Assembly: GCA_964342815.1 (NCBI GenBank)
Contig: CAYFHS010000010.1
Coordinates: 58,379 to 122,378, forward strand
Source of the DNA: an uncultured archaeon
GTDB taxonomy: Archaea; Thermoplasmatota; Penumbrarchaeia; JASLWR01
Reading direction: 5' to 3'
DNA: 64,000 bases
The position numbers and the translations under genes are program-made. Under the pieces are notes generated by a model that saw only the letters and a program-made list of their open reading frames with translations, ran no database searches and was not told the origin of the DNA. Numbering within the stretch: position 1 is the first letter of the stretch; every line of letters begins with the position of its first letter. This document shows, one piece after another, positions 58,148 to 64,000 of this stretch.

Positions 58148-58163
58148 GGAACCAATAAAGATA

Positions 58164-59486
58164 TCAGACCCTCCTTATAGCTGTTATGGGCGGTACCCGT
58201 GTTGTCAGATAGGAAGGTACCACACCTCCGAGTATGGAGATCAGAAAGGCGAAAATAGTAACTTTCCCCAGCACTCCCATGGTTATTTTTGTGATTACAA
58301 GGCCCTGAGGTAGAGAATCATAGGAGCTTATAACCATGTAATCCACTATATGAACTCCTATGAACCCCAGCAACAAGCCGAGCAGGTAGCCCAGTATGCA
58401 TAGGACTATGGTTTCTGTAAAGAAGAGGAATACAACGCTTCTGGTGGAGATACCTATTGCCTTTAATATCCCGATCTCTCCAGTTCTTTCCTTTATGGAT
58501 ATTACTACGATGGTTGCAACGAAAATTATGGATACGAACGTTGTGATTATGGTTATCATCCCGCCAAAACTCCTCATCACATCGGTGAAATCAAGGAGGT
58601 CCGACTCGAGCTCTTCGCTCGAATAGGCCGATAGTTCAACGCCGAAAGCTGATTTTTCCTCGATCCAATAACTAATGTTGTCCGCATCCGCACCCGCCTC
58701 GACTTCAACGAATATCTTCGTGGCACTATCAAAACGTGTGAGACCCACGAGGAGCTGCATTTCACTTAGATGGAGCACACAACTTGGCATGTCGCTTCCT
58801 TCATAGCTCTCTGTCACAATACCCACCACGTCAAAGTATATGGTCCGATTAGACCAGTCCAAGATTTCCCCTTCGGTTTGTGGAGGATTCTTCGCGGCGA
58901 ACACCCGCTCCCCAACTTTCACATCCAGCAGTTCAGCCAGGTACACATCCAAAACTATCTCGTGGGTGAAAAGTGATGAGGTTACTCCTCCCCCATATGT
59001 TCCGTTCTGGTAGAACGGATCGCCATGAGTGGGTAGATATTCACCTGTTATTATTGACTCGCCACCGAAATTCCCATCCATTTCCGGGACTCTTCCCCTA
59101 CCTATGCTGTGAAATATCTTGGATTCTTTCAGTCCGGGGGAGCTGTTCGAATATATTTCACTGAAATCCTCAGGGCTTTTACCGGTCAAATAAATACTGT
59201 CAACCAATCGGGGTCCTGCAGCCTTTATTTCAGGGTTTGCCAGAAGAGATCTGGATATGTTCCGTGATTCACTCATTGGCGGGAAAAAGTCCTGAAGGAA
59301 CACTGGCACACCTCTTGGAACCACATAGACGTCAACACCGGTCTCCTCCAGTATCGTATGTATCGAATGATCGATACCGGCGGACAGAGAAAAGATGCAT
59401 ATCGCCAGACCAATGGATAGCGATATACCTGTAACGGTAAGCAGTGTCCGCCCCGTTCTTTTAAACAAGTTCCGTATCACGTACAA
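58164..59486 (-). CDS. ABC transporter permease, FtsX/MacB/LolE-like
   Basis: RNLFKR.GRTLLT..GI, ERTGEIGILKAIG, FFTE, PPITAIR. Confidence 0.9.
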   Translation of the reverse strand: MYVIRNLFKRTGRTLLTVTGISLSIGLAICIFSLSAGIDHSIHTILEETGVDVYVVPRGVPVFLQDFFPPMSESRNISRSLLANPEIKAAGPRLVDSIYLTGKSPEDFSEIYSNSSPGLKESKIFHSIGRGRVPEMDGNFGGESIITGEYLPTHGDPFYQNGTYGGGVTSSLFTHEIVLDVYLAELLDVKVGERVFAAKNPPQTEGEILDWSNRTIYFDVVGIVTESYEGSDMPSCVLHLSEMQLLVGLTRFDSATKIFVEVEAGADADNISYWIEEKSAFGVELSAYSSEELESDLLDFTDVMRSFGGMITIITTFVSIIFVATIVVISIKERTGEIGILKAIGISTRSVVFLFFTETIVLCILGYLLGLLLGFIGVHIVDYMVISSYDSLPQGLVITKITMGVLGKVTIFAFLISILGGVVPSYLTTRVPPITAIRRV

Positions 59487-59545
59487 TTTTATCCCCGAAT
59501 TGTTTTGATAACCTTATTTCTATCATCTATTTATTCATTCTGTCG

Positions 59546-60037
59546 CTATATATTGGCCAACTTTTCATACAATATTCCCAGGGCACTGCGGCAGGCGGTT
59601 CTAATTATCTCCTTCCGGCTTCCCTGAAGGCTCAGCCGAATAGAATCCACGGAATTCTCTATGGCGAATCCTATATAAACTGTCCCTACCGGATCTTTTT
59701 CGACACCACCATCCGGGCCGGCATAGCCTGTGGTGGAGATACCGATATCGGAACCGGATATTTTTCTCACTCCGTCGGCCATTTCTCTGGCAGATTCGTG
59801 GGATACGGCGGAGCAGTCATCTATAGTGTCGGCAGCAACGTTCAATATGACGGATTTCATTTCATTAGTGTAAGTAACAGTACCGAGGATAAAGTACTTC
59901 GACGCTCCCGGTAGTGAGGTTAACAGGGATGACAGACCTCCTCCGGTACAGGATTCAGCTGCGCTTATTGTGATTTTTTTTTTGATCATTATTTCTTTTA
60001 TTTCCTCGAGCAAGTCCTCACCACGTGATTTCGACAA
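59546..60037 (-). CDS. cinA: CinA C-terminal domain / nicotinamide-nucleotide amidohydrolase (PncC)
   Basis: AAESCTGG, PGASKYF, VTYTNEMK, AVS.E.AREMA.G, STTGYAGPDGG, PVGTVYIG. Confidence 0.92.
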   Translation of the reverse strand: MSKSRGEDLLEEIKEIMIKKKITISAAESCTGGGLSSLLTSLPGASKYFILGTVTYTNEMKSVILNVAADTIDDCSAVSHESAREMADGVRKISGSDIGISTTGYAGPDGGVEKDPVGTVYIGFAIENSVDSIRLSLQGSRKEIIRTACRSALGILYEKLANI

Positions 60038-60209
60038 TTACCATGACAGATATAAAATTTGCAATCCCAGATTGGAATATGAGAAACACTAATGGAAAAA
60101 TACGCAAAATTATAAGTAATTCACTATATATAACCTACGGCCACATAAGACAGGTACGTTTTAACCCTTAAAAAAGGACAGCGAATCAGGTACTGTCGGA
60201 GAGAACCGC

Positions 60210-62744
60210 ATGTCTCCAGAGAATAAAGTTTGGTTGGAAGATGGGAAGAAAGAATATCGGAAAAAAAATTATTCCGAATCGATAAACTTTTTCAATCATC
60301 AGATACGAGATAACACCAAGGATATCGAGGCATGGTATTACAAGGGGAAAGCCTGGTTCAGGTTGGGGCGCTATTCCGAAGCTCTTACCTGTTTTCAGAA
60401 AATAATTGATATTGACAAGGAGTTTGTAAAAGCCTGGACCCGTGTCGGGGAAATCCAGGTAAAGCTGGAAAACCTTGAGGAAGCTCTTCACACCTACTCA
60501 AAAGGAATTGAAGAGATCGGAGATCACGCTGCTCTCTGGTTGGGGAAGAGCAGGGTATATATCCTGGTGGGAGCCATGGAGAGGGCGGAGGAGACACTGG
60601 ATAAGGTCATCGAATTGAATCCGAACCTGGGCGAAGCATGGTTGGAAAAGGGGCGTCTTTTGGATGAATCAGGTGTTTTCGAGGGGGCTATTGATTGTTA
60701 TACAAAAGCCACACGATTGAACAAGAAATTACCCAATGCCTGGTTCCTAAAAGGCAAAGCACTGGAGCAACTGGGACGCTACAAGGAAGCTATCAGGTGT
60801 TTTGATTGGACGACCAAGATCGACCTTGACAATATTGAAGCATGGTACCGAAAGGGGAATTCCCTTTACGTTCTGGGCCGCACGAAGCGGGCACTGGAAG
60901 CGTTCGAGAAGGTTCTGGAGCTGGATCCCGAGCACAGGGATGCGATATTCAAGGTAGGTCAAATACACGAGGAGATGGGAAACGTCAAGCTGGCTTTACA
61001 ATATTATTCTCTAGCTGACAAGGAGGAAGGGTGGGAAGAGACATTGACAACCAAAGGAGACGCTTTTTTCAGAATGGATAAACTGGATGAAGCGCTGAAG
61101 GCCTATAACGCGGCACTTGAGACCAATCCCAACAACTATCAGGCGTGGGCGGGCAAGGGCAAGATAATGATGATAAACAGTGATTTCGAAAAGGCTGTGG
61201 AATGTTTCAATCAATCGATTCGCTTCGAATCACGGAACGAGGAAACATGGCACCTGAAGGCCAATGCTCTTTTCAATCTTCATAAATATGGTGAATCTTT
61301 CACTTGCTTTGACAAGGCAATAGAACTCTCGTCCGACAACATACCAATCTTGCTGGACAAGGCCATGTCTTTCATTGCTCTCAGCAGAACAAAAGACGCC
61401 TTCAATTTGCTGAACCAAATCGTGAGACGAGAACCCGATAACGAGAGGGCTCTCGAAATACTGGAAACCATGAAGGATCGGAGAAACCGTGCCAGGACCA
61501 CCGAGATACGTCAACAACGAGATCTCTATCACAGCTCCAAGGAATCTCTCGATCATTTCCGTTCGAACATCATGCTGGCGGAATCCGTCAAGGTGGACGT
61601 GTCAAAATTCAAAAAAGCTCTCAACCATGCAGTTAGGGAAATGAAAAACCAGAACTACCTTGGAGTGGTGGGTATCATAAAGAGCAATATGAAGAAGCTG
61701 GACAAGACCTGCCAAAGCATAATATCAAACTACATGAAAGACACGAGGGAACTACTGAAAGGACTGGATATGAGCGTTGACAGCTCCCACGTGGAGGACA
61801 TACTTCGAAGGGCGGATGTCTCATTAAAGTCGGGACAGTTTCAGACATCTTTCGAACACATCGAGAGCACGCTGGATGAGATCGAATCCCTCCGGGAGAT
61901 GTCCGAAAGACTATCGGCGCTAAGAAAACAGGACCCGCGGTATCTCGAGGCCGCGCGGAAGACCTTGAAAGAGGTCAAATCCATGGTGGAAAAGGCACAG
62001 AAGAACGAACTGGATACCTCCCACATTGAGAGACTCATGGAGAAGGCCAGCATCTCAGAATTGAAGAAGGATTACATAGAAGCGTCGAACATCCTTACCG
62101 ATGCAAAGAAATATGCGAAAAACCTTCTCGTTACACTGAGCATAGATTCATCTATCGGCGAGTTAAAAAAGGATGCGCGCAACGCTATCAAAAAAGCGAA
62201 GGAAATGCTGGAAGGGCTGAAAACATTCGACTTCATCTACCCTGAATCCGAAGAACTGCTGGCGGATGCCAAGAGAAAGCTCGGGAACAGATCATACACG
62301 GAAGCCTACGTCACAGCCAAGAGAAGTCTTTCCATAATTCATCGAATAGAAAAGCTAGAGAGGATATTGGAACTGTACAAGGAAGGGAAGAACCTCATTA
62401 CCATGACGAGGAAGTTCCGGAACTTCCCTACGGACAAACTGGCGGCATCCGTGATAGGGGCAAAGGACTATATGAGGAAGAAAAAGCTCAACGATGCACT
62501 CCGACTGCTTGAAGAAAGCGTTCCATCCTTTTCAGCTGCTTTGAAAAACAAGGCGCTGGTTGTGAAACTGAAAGTGGCCCAGCAGAAGATATTCAAGTTG
62601 AAGAAGCTGGGTAAGGATACTTCAAAGGTCCAGGAGCTGGTTGTTAAATCGAAGCCAGCAATGGAGAGCAAGGATTTCGATATGGCCATTCGTTACGTGG
62701 AAGGTGCGCTGAGGCTGGCAAACAAGATGCTGGCAGTTTCATAA
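60210..62744 (+). CDS. TPR-repeat protein with C-terminal helical repeat region (844 aa)
   Basis: About 11 AW..KG..L..LG.Y.EA...F 34-aa repeats, followed by D.S..E.L...A.......DY..A helical repeats. No TM. Confidence 0.92.
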   Translation: MSPENKVWLEDGKKEYRKKNYSESINFFNHQIRDNTKDIEAWYYKGKAWFRLGRYSEALTCFQKIIDIDKEFVKAWTRVGEIQVKLENLEEALHTYSKGIEEIGDHAALWLGKSRVYILVGAMERAEETLDKVIELNPNLGEAWLEKGRLLDESGVFEGAIDCYTKATRLNKKLPNAWFLKGKALEQLGRYKEAIRCFDWTTKIDLDNIEAWYRKGNSLYVLGRTKRALEAFEKVLELDPEHRDAIFKVGQIHEEMGNVKLALQYYSLADKEEGWEETLTTKGDAFFRMDKLDEALKAYNAALETNPNNYQAWAGKGKIMMINSDFEKAVECFNQSIRFESRNEETWHLKANALFNLHKYGESFTCFDKAIELSSDNIPILLDKAMSFIALSRTKDAFNLLNQIVRREPDNERALEILETMKDRRNRARTTEIRQQRDLYHSSKESLDHFRSNIMLAESVKVDVSKFKKALNHAVREMKNQNYLGVVGIIKSNMKKLDKTCQSIISNYMKDTRELLKGLDMSVDSSHVEDILRRADVSLKSGQFQTSFEHIESTLDEIESLREMSERLSALRKQDPRYLEAARKTLKEVKSMVEKAQKNELDTSHIERLMEKASISELKKDYIEASNILTDAKKYAKNLLVTLSIDSSIGELKKDARNAIKKAKEMLEGLKTFDFIYPESEELLADAKRKLGNRSYTEAYVTAKRSLSIIHRIEKLERILELYKEGKNLITMTRKFRNFPTDKLAASVIGAKDYMRKKKLNDALRLLEESVPSFSAALKNKALVVKLKVAQQKIFKLKKLGKDTSKVQELVVKSKPAMESKDFDMAIRYVEGALRLANKMLAVS

Positions 62745-62808
62745 TAAGTTTTCTTTTTCCGCACGGAGCGTTCAGTACAAATAATACCCGTAAGCATGAG
62801 GAACTAAC

Positions 62809-63447
62809 ATGGGTAATTATCATCAGCACCTGATATTCGGTTATCTCGTGGCTCTCGTGACCGGAGTTTTTGGTTATTTTTTGCTGGGATTCGATCTTAT
62901 CTACTGTATCCTGGCCTGCATGCTGGGGACATTCGCCGCTTTACTACCTGACCTGGACCACGATCAGAGCACGCCCCTGAAGGAGGTTTTCAACGTCGCC
63001 GCCGCCATCTCACCCTTCTTGATCATCACGGCATTGATGGAACGGGGATTCACCGACATGGTCTATCTTACGGCAATCTTCGGCGGCGCCTATCTCTTCA
63101 TCAGGATAATTGCCAAATTTATATTCAGTCAGCTCACCACTCACAGGGGAATGTTCCATTCCATACCTGCGCTGATAATAGTAGGGCAGATTATTTACAT
63201 ACTTTACTTTGGGAACGTTTTCAAGGTAAGACTCTTTCTCGCTGTTGCCGGCGCCCTGGGTTTTCTTTCGCATCTGGTTCTCGATGAGGTCTCAAGCGTT
63301 GATTTCGACGGAGGAAAGGTCACCAAGAACAAATTTTTCGGGACCGCTCTCGATTTCCACTCGAAAAGCCTGATTGCCACGGGATTTACATACGTCGTGA
63401 TGCTGGGTCTTTTTTGTACAATATTTTATAAAATGGTCAAACTTTGA
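62809..63447 (+). CDS. Membrane-bound metal-dependent hydrolase (YdjM / LexA-binding inner membrane family)
   Basis: HLIFG, ALLPDLDH, HRGMFHS, SHLVLD motifs with several TM helices. Confidence 0.9.
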   Translation: MGNYHQHLIFGYLVALVTGVFGYFLLGFDLIYCILACMLGTFAALLPDLDHDQSTPLKEVFNVAAAISPFLIITALMERGFTDMVYLTAIFGGAYLFIRIIAKFIFSQLTTHRGMFHSIPALIIVGQIIYILYFGNVFKVRLFLAVAGALGFLSHLVLDEVSSVDFDGGKVTKNKFFGTALDFHSKSLIATGFTYVVMLGLFCTIFYKMVKL

Positions 63448-63481
63448 CAATACGTCGAAGTTTGACCAATTTATAATGTTC

Positions 63482-63520
63482 GCAGAATCGAACCCGGAGG
63501 GACCGATTCTGCTGAATTTT
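63482..63520 (+). terminator. Hairpin plus T-tract downstream of the hydrolase gene
   Basis: GCAGAATCG (63482-90) pairs with CGATTCTGC (63504-12), followed by tgaattttt. Confidence 0.4.
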
Positions 63521-63724
63521 TGAAGGACGCTGGGATGATCTGGGCAAGGTCGTTGGTTATGAGCATTTTCACTGCAAACATTTTGCCGGTTCGCCCTCCT
63601 CACCGAATGATTCCAGAACGTTATTTTATATATGAAACAGAGGAATATTGTCAATGGTGAAAATCTTGACGACATTTGGGGCTCGAGTGACTTGCACGCT
63701 CCTGATGTATGGGTACATACATCT

Positions 63725-63980
63725 GTATTTGCGGGAACATTACCCCGCAAACAGGGTACGGTCAAGTCTCTACAAAATGAATCGTGAATTAGTAAATTCA
63801 CTTCACCTGCAGAAAACCGCAGGTTTTCGAAGGTGTAGCAGAGCCAGTGGGGTCTGCGGAGCACAGCGGACACCCTCGGAAACCCAAGGGTTTCCTGCGG
63901 GAGTCGAGGTTTTCAGCTAGACAATCCTTGACGACCCTGACGGCTCGCGTTATACTACGCAATACCTTCGGCATTGCTGC
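63725..63980. other. Cluster of inverted repeats (REP/MITE-like or structured RNA), probably continuing beyond the window
   Basis: TTTGCGGG/CCCGCAAA, GTGAATT/AATTCAC, CACCT..GAAAACC-gca-GGTTTTC..AGGTG, GGAAACCC-aa-GGGTTTCC, GCGT/ACGC, GCAATACC-ttc-GGCATTGC. Confidence 0.55.
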
Positions 63981-64000
63981 GCCCTCGGGAAGTGTCCCTG

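Noticed and set aside
63648-63920. 90 aa ORF overlapping the hairpin cluster
   Set aside because: No recognisable motif, and it runs through multiple palindromes; more likely incidental.
1-64000. Genome-wide TAG-to-Gln reassignment (genetic code 15)
   Set aside because: Many 1000-2000 aa ORFs are free of TAG, and folC and cinA end at TAG where their homologous regions finish. Only rare read-through remains possible (see findings).

Overview
Archaeal genomic window, most consistent with a Thermoplasmatota-type (sediment Thermoplasmata-like) organism. This is inferred from GGTGA/GGAGG ribosome-binding sites, folP/folC, and many single-pass surface proteins with Zn-ribbon tails. Bases 1-21303 hold a head-to-tail minus-strand array of at least five paralogous ~1400-1550 aa membrane-anchored surface proteins (P1-P5; P1 runs off the left edge and is missing from the ORF track). 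Each has a signal peptide, a conserved carrier domain with a VARIABLE tip domain inserted into it, a conserved FN3/Ig/PKD-like stalk, a DxDGDxLPDWWE motif, one TM helix and a Pro-rich cytoplasmic tail. The tips differ: a beta-sandwich in P1, a ~5-blade propeller in P2/P4/P5, and a domain resembling animal collagen XVIII endostatin in P3. P4 has one in-frame TAG and P5 a 1-nt frameshift, both just after the tip module. The tails of these paralogs and of non-homologous surface proteins elsewhere in the window share a [LM][DEN][DN]IF motif, ALPP motifs and a C-terminal CxxC..RP..CxxC Zn ribbon. Two soluble proteins and one tail share a D-x-S..L..A...L..xDY helical repeat. Together these suggest an undescribed adhesin/cytoplasmic-scaffold system. 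The rest of the window holds a membrane-anchored C25 (gingipain-like) peptidase, an Nox/CoADR-family oxidoreductase, two hicAB loci with decayed remnants, a DEAD-box helicase, a Tat-less reductive dehalogenase-like protein, an amidohydrolase, a 2080 aa NosD/beta-helix surface protein, folP, folC, two FtsX/MacB-like permeases, cinA/pncC, a TPR protein, a YdjM-like hydrolase and a hairpin-dense non-coding tract at the right edge. No rRNA, tRNA, CRISPR array, integrase, transposase or reverse transcriptase was recognised. All family assignments come from motif recognition by eye; no database search was run.
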